Shown: positions 1-11,508 of the stretch, piece by piece
How the letters are laid out: every line of letters starts with the position of its first letter
How positions within the stretch are numbered: position 1 is the first letter of the stretch
NCBI GenBank assembly: GCA_002256025.1
Contig: NKIB01014774.1
Span: 1 to 40,646 of the forward strand
Direction: 5' to 3'
Source: Asterionella formosa
Lineage: Eukaryota
Length of the DNA stretch: 40,646 nt
Program-made: the position numbers and the translations under genes
The notes under the pieces: model-generated
What the model was told of the DNA's origin: nothing
The model's database searches: none
What the model saw: the letters and a program-made list of their open reading frames with translations, nothing else

Positions 1-384
1 TTTGCTTACACAATAACATGCATTTCGCTTCTATCTTCACTTACCACAAATTGAGGAAGTAACTGATGCATATTTCTGTAGAAGAATGTGTCAGTCGAAG
101 ATTGAATGAGAAGCAAAGTATCGATCAATAAATGGGCTCCAACACTGCTGTTTGTAACTTACAATTACTGTTTGTCTACCATTATCCTGAAAGAAGCAAC
201 ACATATGTGTCAGTTTTTCTAAAAGTTGTGGATTGATCCAAAGATGGCTGATAGGCAGCACTTACCGATTTCTTTTGTCCACAGCATTGATGCTTGGCCA
301 GTAACCAAATCGAAAAGGAGCTATTGAATCACTGAAAGGGGACGAGTCATTCCATATTTGTCATCCCAGCAATTGATCATCTTG

Positions 385-718
385 GCATTTGCTCTTGTTG
401 ACAAACCGTGATGCTATGCACAGCTTGTTGATTCCACCCTTCTCCATCATATTCACTCTTTCTTATCGTGCTGTATTGTCACTTCAGTTTTTCGCATCAT
501 GTGTTGCTTGAGATCCTTCATTTCAGGAAGTGGATGCAGCATGACAAGGAACATGAAAGGCATTTGCTCTTGACGTCTTACTATCAATTGATTCCTCCCT
601 TCTCTTCTAAGCCGCAAGTATCATTGTGCTTTATTATCACTTTCGTTTTCCGCGTCATCATCTGTGTTAATCCTTCAATTCAGGAGCAAAGTGTATGCAT
701 GACAAGTAACATGAAAAA
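385..718. repeat. Degenerate tandem duplication, two units of about 160-175 bp
   Basis: Shared blocks: GGCATTTGCTCTTG at ~385 and ~559; TTGATTCC at ~428 and ~588; ATCCTTCA(T/A)TTCAGGA...GCATGACAAG(G/T)AACATGAAA at ~513-557 and ~670-716. Confidence 0.6.
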
Positions 719-1949
719 ATGATTTCAAATGTTTCAGCCATGAATACATATATATATAGATTTGTAAGAAGTTTAAATGTATATTTAGTTGAACATTTGC
801 ATAGTTTGAAACACGCTCATTATACGGCACATCCTGTGTATACTTTCATCAATTTGATTATACATAATTCAAATATATACAATGCATGATGAGTTCATAG
901 TTTTCCACGACCTGTTGAGTTTTTTCAATTTGTGTTGTGTCAATTCTTGTACCTCCAAGTCAGTGGCTGATTTAATTAAGTCCCTTAATAAACAGGAGTC
1001 ATCACCAATTTTTCAAATGTTCGAAATCATACATTTATGTATATAGACATATTGGCCAAAATTCATATGGCCTACCGGTAGTAGTACTGTATAATTGCTG
1101 GTAATTACTTCCATCATGGAAATACCACAATAGTGCATTGTAAAACTGAATATGCTCAGGTGTTTAGGATCATTTGATCATATTTTTATGATCAATTAAT
1201 CCTGACTCTTGAAAATAAATGTTTATTGTTCATTTTCTCATCAACGACACTGTTCATCATATGATCAATATGTTATGATCAAAGTTATAGGATAAACGAA
1301 TCAAAATTCATTGATTAAAGATCATAGTTTATACCGGAGTAGTTGCTCATGCATGCAACCCCTTCCCCCCCTGTATACAGTTCGGAAGTGATAACCCCCA
1401 AGTGCAAGCTACCAAATTTTTATGTCTTGTAAGAATTGTCGCAGCATGCATGCATACATGGTGACTCCTACTGGTATATACAATGCGGAAATGATGACCA
1501 CCAGACTACCAATCCTATAGGTCCTGTAGAATTATCGCAACATGGCTGGCTGCATATCTAATGAAAGGGCGGGAGGAGTCATCCATGCACCTGTATAGTA
1601 TGAAATATTGAAATATGGAAATGATCAAATATAGCTAGTCTACACAAGGAGCAGTGCATCATATATGCCCTGCTGTTGTTATTTTAATGCTTATGAAATC
1701 TCTTGATCTGTTCTGCGCTTTTTCGCCACAAGTGTTTTCATTGGCTGTTTCACTGGACAGCATTCGAATTGATTGTGCTTCGAACGAAGCAATTATCAAA
1801 GTCCACCCCATTGTAGAATGGTGAGTCTCACAACGAAGTATCAGTTAGTTGATTAAAATTGGACTGCCTTTTGTGCACCCTTGCTTGTTGTGTTTGTACT
1901 CTACTTGGCAACTGTCAGTCAAGAGCAGCCATGGTATGCCTCCATTTAT

Positions 1950-2985
1950 TGTCTATACGAGTTTCGAATGCGTTCAGCTATGATAACTTTTGCTCCCCCT
2001 CCTAAACACTATCTCACCACGCACACTTGTCATAGATTTTTCTTTATCCTTTGGCTTCACAGGCCCAGGTTACTCAATGCCTTCATCTGCAAGTTCAGCT
2101 ACCAAGCACGTTGGCATCAAGAAAACCTCAACCCCGATTTTGCTCACATGCTCCACCCATTGACTTCTTCATTGATGAAGTCGAGGTAGCTATATTTACG
2201 ACATCAGGTGGAGCAGGCTTGTGTATAGCTAGATTGATGATGCTGAAAGCATTGCTTCCTTTTCCCGTAGGTACCTAATTGTCAACATTGTTTGGGTCAA
2301 TCTATTCTTGCTTGTTCCCGCAAGACCAGAAGTAATTATCCCTTTACTTCTCCTCCCAAGAACCTTCATTTCTCTTTCAAAATTGTCCTGATTTTTGCAG
2401 AGCATTTTTAGTTCCCTTTTGATTTTTCCACTGGTTTCGATCCCTTTTGCATTCAAGTCAAGAAACAAGCAACTCATTGAGATTTCTGGAGGGGTTTGGT
2501 CAGTGGTACCATACAGCAACAATCAACAGATCATGGTGGCTGTTCTCCATTTTCTGTAGCAAGTGACAAAGTGACATTCAAGAAGGGTCTGGGATCATTG
2601 GGGAGAAGGCCAAAATTTAGTAGGATTCTCTGTGTTTGCCTTCGCCCGTTTGGCAGCCATTCTACCATTGCTTCCTCTCAATCAATACTAGCTACTAGTA
2701 TAGCTAATGAAAACCGTAATTAGATGAAATGTGACTTCCAGTTTCTAATTTTTTACATTGTTGCACTACTGAAACTTGAATCCATAAATGGGCATTCAAC
2801 TTGTGCTTGCTTCTTGCATTTTTGCAGTGTAGACTGGCTGGTGTTCGATATGCCAAAGTGTCTTGCTTTTCATGAACATCTCCAAGGTACTAGTGCTTTT
2901 GTCGAGGTTTGTGTCTAAATCCAACTGCTGCCATCCATTGAACCATTCCAGATACATCAAAGAATACGCTCCTGTCTTCAAAGGT
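1950..2985 (-). pseudogene. Degraded IS630/Tc1-like DDE transposase relic
   Basis: Minus-strand translation across frameshifts and stops gives VGFRHKPRQKH*Y..DVHEKQDTLAYR (cf. GF...K..Y.DGHER.DV..YR), then RSKG...LREQARIDP, LDFINEE and AELADEGIE* (cf. PK.H.ELAGEGIEY.W). Boundaries are approximate. Confidence 0.55.
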
Positions 2986-3555
2986 AAGGAATTAGTACTA
3001 TGATGACAAAGGAAATCTGATGAGACATGAAAATTACGAAACCAGAATCACTCTGTTACTATAAATATACGGCACAGTCTCATGCTTCTTTGTGCATATC
3101 GCCTGCTATGCTGCGTTTCAATTCTGGATGTATTACGTTCTTGTTAGAGAGAGGATGTTCGGAGAAGTAGATTGTGCTGTTCTATAATGGATGTTGTTTA
3201 CTAGCTATGATTGAGGTTGTAACACTGACCGATGCTCCAGTGACAGACCGGCCGGAAATATTCGTCTTGTGTGATGAGCCATTTCGTTTTCATTGGATTT
3301 CTTTTCAAGCTCTTAACGGATTGCATAGTACGAACATACTGTGCAATGTAGACGATGATTCATCAAAGACATATGATGACTTGAACGACAAATGAAGATT
3401 TTATCACAAAATCTCGTTCCTCTCAACATGGCTGCTTTGTCGTTGTTGCAAGAATCAGAGCGAGGACTGGAGAGGATGATGAGCCAAACCACATTACTTT
3501 CACTGGTACATTTTCCTACCAAGAAATTTAAATAAAAGAACCTAAAAGAAACAAT

Positions 3556-3727
3556 ACATATAATGATTAAATTTCCATAGTCAAAAGGGTACTATTTAAA
3601 TTACGAGGGCATTTATCACAATTATTAGATGATATAACGAAAAATTATGATCAGATGATCATAATCCTATGATGCATCATAGGAATAGCTATGATGGTTT
3701 TTATTTGCAGACGGATGCTTCTGTTCA
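3556..3727. repeat. Copy 1 of an AT-rich direct repeat carrying a perfect 20-bp palindrome
   Basis: TCCTATGATGCATCATAGGA at 3665-3684. Flanking blocks TAGTCAA, TTACGAGGG, ATCAGATGATCATAA and TATGATGGTTTTTATTTGCAGA are shared with copy 2. Confidence 0.85.
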
Positions 3728-4004
3728 ATCAATGTATCACGACTACTAAGATGGAATTGTGATATATACTTCCAATCGTCATCTGTTGTGAGCTGTCACT
3801 CTATTATATTTGTCTTCGGATTATTGGTGATTGGTGCATCCTCGTTTCTTCCTTGAAAGGGTGGATAGAAAGGCGATATCTTCTTGTTAAAAGGAGTCGA
3901 CAGCAATGAAATAGCATTTTCGTAAGAATCAGGATCTTGATGATAAGGTCGTTCTGTTGTTTTCTGCAGATGATTTATTATTCGCATAGTCTTCATAAGC
4001 ATGA

Positions 4005-4145
4005 ATTGCATAATAATTAAATATAAGTAGTCAAGTGGGTTACTTTTAGATTTACGAGGGTACATCAGAATTATCAGATGATCATAATCCTATGATGCAT
4101 CATAGGAATATGATGGTTTTTATTTGCAGATGCAGTCTTGTTCAT
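4005..4145. repeat. Copy 2 of the AT-rich palindrome-bearing direct repeat
   Basis: The same palindrome occurs at 4088-4107, 423 bp from the first, with the same flanking blocks. Confidence 0.85.
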
Positions 4146-4820
4146 GTGGGGATAGAATGTCTTGCACGAGTCTCTGAACCTTAACTTGGAAAGGAGGGGA
4201 TGATACCACCACTACTACTGCGGAGGCTGATATGGCAGGATATTGGTTAGGCCCATCGAGTTTTCGCCAGAGACAGAGGAGAGGTAATTCTTCACCAAGA
4301 ACTTCAAGAGAGAGTGCTTTGAGTTGAGCTTGGAGCTCGTTGCGGTTCATGCGGGAAGAAGAGTATAGGAGCCAGCCACAATTGGTGGGGAGATCACTGT
4401 AGAATTGATCTTCTCTGATGTCCAGGCAGGATGCGATCTCTCGATGAGAGAGAGAGAAGAGCTGAGGTTGCTTTGCAGGTACAGAGATGGACTCTACTTT
4501 GACTATGCGGTCATCAAGGTTCCTCCAGAAGAAGGTAAGAGGAATTGTTCAAGCGAATCAAATGTTGTAGAGCAGTTTGTTTTAGACATGAAAAGTACGT
4601 GTCTGATTAGTCTGAATCAATATTATTTTTAAACCCTACCTCGAGCTAGGGGTTCAAATGCAGGAACCTCAATTGACTGTTCTACCGGTATCTATCCGAC
4701 ACTTGTTGGTTGTGACCCCTTGCAACAAAACAAAGTATTTTCGAAGCTCTCATGATAAGATTCACACTCTGAATTGCGAGTCACCATACCGGTAGCTTAT
4801 TGCTCAATGATAGTGATTCG

Positions 4821-6356
4821 ATGCGGCATTTCTTACTGCTTATCTCCTTCCTGTTAGTAAGTAAGGATTCAGTCATCGCTGTTTATCCAGCGTGGAGGGA
4901 CGCCGATCAGCATGGATTCTGGTCGAACGCATGTCACTGCCCTCGGGGAGGCTCACTACCGCTAGTAGCGCCGGATTATGCGACCACCTCAATCATAAAA
5001 GAAATCGAGTCGTCCATCGACGAAACACCGCTTTGCCATCCATCCAACATCGACGCTGCCGCTGGAGACTTCTCGCCGACTCATGGACGAACTGCATATA
5101 AATTCTTAAAGGGACTAGCATCGTCGCCGACGTTCATCAAGGAATACTGGCACAAGCAACCGCTTCTGATCCGGGGTTCCAAAGGGAATTGGATTTCCGA
5201 CGCATTTACCATTGAACGAGACCTAAAACTAGTTGATGGATCCTACATTTCTGGCCATAAGACTGCAGATATTATGCGCAATGGATCCAAGACAGATACA
5301 TGGGCGTTTGTCCCATTGAAAGCAGATCCAGCCCGGGCAACAACATGGCAAGAAGTCGCCGAAGCCATGGAGGGAGGAACTATTTACTTCAATACCGCTG
5401 GATCACTCTGGTCAGCGCTAGGGGGGCTCTGTAGACTTACGAATGCAGCATTTGGACTTCCGGCAAATGTTAACGTATACATTACACCTCCTGGTCAGAT
5501 TTTGTCAGTCTCGCCGCACACAGACCGTCAAGATGTTTTGGTCTTTCAGACCCAAGGACGTAAGCGATGGAGAGTTTATGCGCCACCAAAACGAAGCAAG
5601 GGTGTAGATCCGTTGAATCGGGGAAAGGCCGGAGACGTTCTTTCGTTTGAGGAGCTGGGCAAGCCAATGATCGATACTGTTCTGCAAAAGGGCGATCTAC
5701 TCTACGTTCCAGCAGGCTTCCCACACACGACAGATACGAGCCATTCCATTGATCTAACAAGCAACGAGGGTCAAGAAAATTCGGTGCACCTAACCATGGG
5801 ACTAGATACTCATGTGTGGGGACTTACGCTCGCTCATCTGCGATGGTCAGTGTTGCAACGATGTGGAAAAGAGCATACCATCAACATAGAAAGCGATTTG
5901 ATTTATTGGCAAGCTATGGAAACCATTCCCATTGGATTTCTTGTCAGTGGGAACAGTTGGAAGGATACCATTAATAATATTAAGGAAGGAAAAGGCGTGG
6001 ACGAAAACTATTGCAAGTTGGTTACGGACGAACTCAAGCGAATCATGGCCGTACTCGAACCCGATCGGTGGAAGGATGAAAAGCTGCCGTCGGATGGCGA
6101 CATTCACCAAGTTATTGACTATATGATCACTCAGCACCTTCAAAACCTCATGGTGGTTCAGGAGGAAATGCTGAGTGACGTCAGGCCCAATGACGACGAC
6201 AGTTTGATTAAGGCATACCAGTGTACGCAGCGACAAAATATTGTCATGGAAGAGTTTGGCGTCTTTAGCAAGAATGATGCAATGAAAGAAATGTTCCAGA
6301 AGATGAGACTTTCACGAGAAGAAAAGGCAAATAAGTTGAAACAGGACCTTGATTAA
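4821..6356 (+). CDS. JmjC/cupin-type 2OG-Fe(II) oxygenase, ribosomal oxygenase (NO66/MINA53/YcfD)-like, with predicted signal peptide
   Basis: Uninterrupted ORF with first ATG at 4821. Motifs: F..EYWHKQPLLIR, ANVNVYITPP, metal-binding PHTDRQDVLVFQTQGRKRWRVY (HxD) and LQKGDLLYVPAGFPH (distal His), SVHLTMG. Hydrophobic N-terminus MRHFLLLISFLLV. Confidence 0.88.
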   Translation: MRHFLLLISFLLVSKDSVIAVYPAWRDADQHGFWSNACHCPRGGSLPLVAPDYATTSIIKEIESSIDETPLCHPSNIDAAAGDFSPTHGRTAYKFLKGLASSPTFIKEYWHKQPLLIRGSKGNWISDAFTIERDLKLVDGSYISGHKTADIMRNGSKTDTWAFVPLKADPARATTWQEVAEAMEGGTIYFNTAGSLWSALGGLCRLTNAAFGLPANVNVYITPPGQILSVSPHTDRQDVLVFQTQGRKRWRVYAPPKRSKGVDPLNRGKAGDVLSFEELGKPMIDTVLQKGDLLYVPAGFPHTTDTSHSIDLTSNEGQENSVHLTMGLDTHVWGLTLAHLRWSVLQRCGKEHTINIESDLIYWQAMETIPIGFLVSGNSWKDTINNIKEGKGVDENYCKLVTDELKRIMAVLEPDRWKDEKLPSDGDIHQVIDYMITQHLQNLMVVQEEMLSDVRPNDDDSLIKAYQCTQRQNIVMEEFGVFSKNDAMKEMFQKMRLSREEKANKLKQDLD

Positions 6357-6988
6357 ATGGAAATGGAAAGACAGTGTGGCCTTTTCAGATGGACGAGCAT
6401 GCTTGCGAGCGGTAGAATGAGAAACTCAGATACGCATCCTTGGTCAAGACTTCATCCTTCCTTGCATAATATTTTCTTCTGTTCATCATATGCTGATTGA
6501 GATATTGTGTGTTTTTTATCATTTTGAAGAACCTTATTCCTTTAGTGCCATGCCCTAGCGGTCAATAGCATTTTTAGCAGTGGCGGGTTTGCCCAACTAG
6601 TGCTCAAGGCATGCTGCTGGTGGCTGGGGCTTCTGCTGAGCTTTTTACTGAACTATGCCAACCCTTACTAAGGTACCCTCTGAGTGTCAGAATCATTCAC
6701 ATCTGAGTTTTTGTTATGTTGCCTGTTTAATTCGACGTTTTCTTCTTTCCTAAGTGCACAGCGTAAAACATATTTGGAACTCCGCTGTTTGTTTAGACAA
6801 TGCATGTTCTATATAGTCTATCCACACTAGAGATACACATTTGCCTGCCTTTAAGACTAAAGTGCTAGTATAAAATGATATTCATTTTTATGGGCCATCT
6901 GTACTTCCCTTTTTCTGGGCACTTATTCATTGTGCAACCTGGCAATAAGATTTGTGCCTCCCAAGGTCTGTTAGGATACCCAATACAT

Positions 6989-7165
6989 CAACTTCAGCTG
7001 TGGCCAGACCCCCTTCGTAGCTAAGCACCAACTCCAGCTCTGGTCAGAACCCCTACCCAACAATCACCAACTTCAGCTCTGACCAAAACCCCTACCCAAT
7101 CACCAACTTCAGCTCCAACCACAACCCCTACCTTAGCACCAATTTCAGCCAAAACCCCTACCCAA
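6989..7165 (+). repeat. Minisatellite of ~36-40-bp units with Pro/Thr-rich coding potential (probable relic of a cell-surface protein gene)
   Basis: About five units of CCAACTTCAGCT...AACCCCTACC. One stretch reads PTSAPTTTPTLAPISAKTPTQ, but indels between units break the frame. Confidence 0.7.
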
Positions 7166-7694
7166 TGCTGGTACCTATGTGTGTTGATGCTGACACAAAT
7201 ACATACATCTATCCCTACTCAAAAATACTGCCACTGTGCCAACACAGATTCCAACCACTGCCCCTACTAGTATCATTTGTATGCTTGAAAAAACATCTTC
7301 TGAAAGCATCAAAGCAAGAACAAAGATCAAGGAATTCAGGGAAGATTTGATTTGTTTCTAAATTTCATACAGCCTAGCTATGTATGCCAAGTACTTCTAA
7401 TCCTTTGTTTACTCAGATTTGATATCATATTACATTCAATAAAGTTGCGATCATTTTGCTGAAACTGACAACATGGCACTGGACAGACATTCACTCAAAT
7501 TCTATCAAAGTCAACAGCCTTGTTTAAGAATGATTTTCTGAAAAAACCAGTTTCCTTAACCTTCCCACAGGTGTTCGATTTTGGGGTTTTTACTTCCAAT
7601 CTGAACCAACGCTACTCTCCGCCTGGCTGCCTTTTTTTTTTTTTAAAGTCGATACAGTTTTGGCTTTTCTGAACGGGTTCCAGATTCTTATGGG

Positions 7695-8567
7695 ATGGCT
7701 TCTATTCGATGGCAAATTCTAATCCTACTTGCAGGGCTTTTGCTATTGATAATAATCCAGAGCCTTAACGCAGGTTTCCAACTACAGGGGTACACGGAAG
7801 TGGAGGAGCAAGAGGCAACAACACCGGTCAATGCAGTTCCGATTGAACGAATTCCACATTCACTGTGGTTCACGTACATGCACAACATTCTCGCGACAAA
7901 GCAACCCACGCATTACTACAACAACATCGTCAAGACTATTCATGCCTATCATGATGTATGGAACAATGATACAGAAATGGAAGTCCACTTCCTGATTGAC
8001 AGTGACTGTACAGATCTCTTGAAGCAAGTGGACGAGGAACTAAATCTCAGTCTCACCAACGCCTTTCTCGGGGAATCCCACGGACAATTCAAAGCTGACT
8101 TGTGTCGCATTGCCGCATTATATTTGCATGGTGGCTACTATTTTGACATTGATATGGAGGTCGTTCAGCCCCTGTTACTAGATGACAATGTATCATTTAG
8201 CACAGCAGTAGCCACCCTGTTCCCTGTCTTTTTTCAATCCTATTTGGCCAGTATTCCGCGGCACCCTATCATTCGTCATAATCTAGATACAATGGATGAG
8301 TACTACAGAGGCGAAGGAGAATGTTGGGATCAGAGGACCGGAATTGTTGGATGTTGCACATTGATGACTGCTTGGAATCGAACACAAAGTAGGGGAACAG
8401 TCAAGATACTAGAGGAAATCTATTTGAATCATGACATTCATGATGGGGCATACAGACACGTTCCATTTAGAGGTGAACTAGACACTTGTCACTGGATTGT
8501 TCATGACCCTGATGATCTTCAAGTGTATTTCTATTCCAGAATACAAGGAAGCGACAGATGCACCTGA
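7695..8567 (+). CDS. Glycosyltransferase family 32 (OCH1/SUR1-like, DxD sugar-binding) type II membrane protein
   Basis: 290-aa ORF with N-terminal TM anchor (WQILILLAGLLLLIII), RIPHSLWFT, KADLCRIAALYLHGGYYFDID (DxD) and FQSYLASIPRHP. Confidence 0.88.
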   Translation: MASIRWQILILLAGLLLLIIIQSLNAGFQLQGYTEVEEQEATTPVNAVPIERIPHSLWFTYMHNILATKQPTHYYNNIVKTIHAYHDVWNNDTEMEVHFLIDSDCTDLLKQVDEELNLSLTNAFLGESHGQFKADLCRIAALYLHGGYYFDIDMEVVQPLLLDDNVSFSTAVATLFPVFFQSYLASIPRHPIIRHNLDTMDEYYRGEGECWDQRTGIVGCCTLMTAWNRTQSRGTVKILEEIYLNHDIHDGAYRHVPFRGELDTCHWIVHDPDDLQVYFYSRIQGSDRCT

Positions 8568-9178
8568 TGTTTTACTATTAATATTTCAACAGAGTTGCAA
8601 AAAAGTGTTGTTTCCTCCAAGGATTGGTAAATTGCATGATTGAACGTCGCAATCCATCACAGATGATGAATTCTTGGAAGCATCATCATCAAGGCAGTCG
8701 TTACATTCTTTTTTTATAATGGCACATAAGGAGGTATGTGAGGCTTGGTCCCTTCCTGTGTATATGCTAGGGACTCATTTCGTTTTGGCCTGCTGACTAA
8801 TGAACGGTATAGGTACAACTGCACGAGCTCTGCAGCCATCGAGAGGTCATTGCCTGTATTAATATAATTACAGTTCTATTTCTAATGCACAGCTAGATTA
8901 GGATTGATTGCTACACGACTGTAGGAGTCGTCCAGACATTCAGGTCGATGCCGTAAATAAATGAGGTGGCCAGCTACATTGTAGCCCGTAGCTAAGTCTA
9001 ATAATGAAAACGTCGTCAAACTGTAGAGTTTTGATCTACCTACGTGAGACTTCAGTCCGGTTACTATCTAACTTGAGCTGCCTCATTGCAGTGTTAACTA
9101 CATGTCGAGAAAACAATGGCCACGAGATTCAAGTGTACTGCTACTAGTTCGAATGGGTGACTGCTTCTAATAATGCAT

Positions 9179-9806
9179 TTAGCACTTTTCAGATATCATT
9201 CCCATAGTAATGTAAACAAAACTAGGATTGGTAGCTCCTTCAGGATAGTAGGAAAAGACCATGGAACCCTCAGGGTCCATGGTGGGCGTGGTGTAAAACT
9301 GAAGTTCATCGTACATGGTCAAGAGCCACTTGCAAAACACGGGTGCCGCACTCGTAAACGCCTTAACCTCAGGTCCAGTCACCTTGCTGTCTTCCTTGAG
9401 CTTCAGTCGGAGGGCTTTGCAATATCCTCCTAGATATTCCTTGAAATCCTTCTTGCCCATGGGGACTTCCTGCAATCCGAAGCCAAAGGTCTCATCAATG
9501 ACATTGTTCACCAACTCGCTGGCACCATCGTCGCCGCCGGCTTCATCTTCTCCTCCAAAAGCATTCCCGCATCCAATGTCGACGGAGCCGCCAGAGTCCT
9601 GTGATGCGGGAGTGTGTGAGAAATGGAACTAATCATAACTACAATGATGCCACTGCAGAAATGACATGTCGTACCTTGTTGACCTTTTCGGAATCAATCT
9701 CCATCAAGCCAGGAACTTCATTGCCCTCTTTGTCCTTGACAGGACGAGGCTTGAAGGCGTCCGAGCACATCTCATCTCCAGTCCAACGGCAGCGGTAGAT
9801 AATCAT
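9179..9806 (-). CDS. TCTP: Translationally controlled tumour protein (TCTP), 2 exons: 9806-9675 and 9598-9179, ~183 aa
   Basis: Exon 1 reads MIIYRCRWTGDEMCSDAFK...EKVNK. A phase-0 GT..AG intron spans 9674-9599 (76 nt). Exon 2 reads DSGGSVDIGCGNAFGGEDE...KKDFKEYLGGYCK...YDELQFYTTPTMDPEGSMVF...EKC, all typical TCTP motifs. Confidence 0.93.
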
Positions 9807-10617
9807 GGTAGACGGGAGGGTGAGAGAACTGGTAGGTACTATCGATATTGATTAAGTAACAGGAATTTCAACCGGTACCAGTACCACTTGTTGACGGCGG
9901 GGCGGAATGAACCTTGGCTGCTGTGCATGGTACCAGGTAGCATGAAAATAAACAAAATCCCGGTATTCATATGCATAGCTATATTCTTAGTTAGTAATAA
10001 AGACACATAAATACATACCGGAAGACTGCAGGACACAGGATTACCTGGTATTTGTGATTGGACAGGAGCGAGCAAGTTGGTAGTCCCAGTAGCAATTGGT
10101 ATGATTTCTACAAAAGAATCTGTTTAGTGGTCATTACGAATCATCCACACTTGCTTTCCACTCCTTGTCTGGTCACGTTTTTGTGGTTGTCAAAGGAGGA
10201 ATCCTGTAAGCACCCTTGGGCCAAGATTCAAATAAGAAGTAAGATTCCTGTTGTCAAAACGAATCAATCGCTTGCCACTCCCCTTTGATGATCTCTTGCT
10301 CCTTTGTGGCTGTCGTCAGCCAGGACTATAAATAGCATGCATACATAGAAAATCCCAGAGTGTGCTGGTATAGGTAATTTATTCTGTACAAGGTAATCTA
10401 CTGAAGCACTATGTACGGGTACATTAGTACCACACGTGTACGTACGAAACATTGGAGGATCAATCAAAGCAAACAGAAAACAACACATGACGATCATGAT
10501 AAAAATGAGGGCGATCTTTGAGTTTGCTTCCACATTGCTCGTTCACTCCGCACACACCATACCGGTAATTGAACCAGATAATACTGCTTGGCAAGTAAGA
10601 AAACCTTGTCTTCAACG

Positions 10618-11508
10618 ATGTCATATGAAACAGTACTGTTGCAGCTCGCAATATTGCTTATGCTGCTGTCCAGTACTCAGAGTGCCTTTTGTCCATCAAA
10701 GTCGGCGCAACCAATACTGTCGCGACCTTTCATCCGCACTGCATGTTTGGCCCTCCCTCCCTCTGCCGTGGCCGACTTGAAACATCAAGGATACTGCGTC
10801 ATTCCAAACTTTATTCCAAACGACCTGCAAGCGTCGCTTCGGGCCGACGTTGCATCGCTCCGAGGCAACTCAAACTTCAAAGTGGCCAAGATTGGTCAAG
10901 ACTCGACCAATACCTTGAATCAAGAGATTCGAGTTGCAGAAACATGTTTTCTAGGAACCTCCAAGACCAATCTGCCCTATTGTGACGCAAGAAACGACCT
11001 CTATCAACTCCTGGCGGAGATACGAATGGACTTGGCTAAGGAGTTTGGGACCAATCTGGATGCCAACCTGGATGAATTATTGTATGCCTACTATCCCAAG
11101 GGGGGCTTTTATCGCCGGCATCGAGATGCTATTCCAGGATCAGCCAGTGTGTTGCGATCCTATTCTTTGCTACTCTATTTGAATGAGGGGGTTTGGGAAG
11201 AGCGTCAAGGTGGTCAATTGAGATTGCACTTGGATGCAGGACGAGACGTTTTGCCACAGGGCGAAACCCCCAACTTTGTGGATATCTTACCACAAGGGGG
11301 AACGCTGGTGCTACTCAAATCGGATTCAATTCCACATGAAGTCTTGGATACAAATTCAGAACGAATTGCCTTGGTGGGTTGGTACAATCGGGCCGTGTCT
11401 GCAGGGGATATTTCGAATTTGGCGGGAGAGGGCGAGAAGTCGCAGCTACTTTTGCTAGCTGTAGCGGCAGCCTTGGTCACGGTGGGGTTGGTAAATATCC
11501 TCGGGTAA
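10618..11508 (+). CDS. Prolyl-4-hydroxylase-like (EGLN/PHD/SM-20-like) 2OG-Fe(II) oxygenase, probably plastid-targeted, with C-terminal TM helix
   Basis: First ATG at 10618. Signal peptide ends TQSA|FCP (ASAFAP-type). Motifs YPKGGFYRRHRD (HxD), LLYLN, GGQLRL, PHEVL and RIALVGWY. Hydrophobic tail LLLLAVAAALVTVGLVNILG. Confidence 0.87.
   Translation: MSYETVLLQLAILLMLLSSTQSAFCPSKSAQPILSRPFIRTACLALPPSAVADLKHQGYCVIPNFIPNDLQASLRADVASLRGNSNFKVAKIGQDSTNTLNQEIRVAETCFLGTSKTNLPYCDARNDLYQLLAEIRMDLAKEFGTNLDANLDELLYAYYPKGGFYRRHRDAIPGSASVLRSYSLLLYLNEGVWEERQGGQLRLHLDAGRDVLPQGETPNFVDILPQGGTLVLLKSDSIPHEVLDTNSERIALVGWYNRAVSAGDISNLAGEGEKSQLLLLAVAAALVTVGLVNILG

Noticed and set aside
6577..6591. 15-bp match GCAGTGGCGGGTTTG to the SINE head
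   Set aside because: The similarity does not extend on either side and is probably chance.
6989..7165. Repeats considered as a CRISPR-like array
   Set aside because: The units are adjacent and degenerate, with no unique spacers and no cas genes. The context is eukaryotic.
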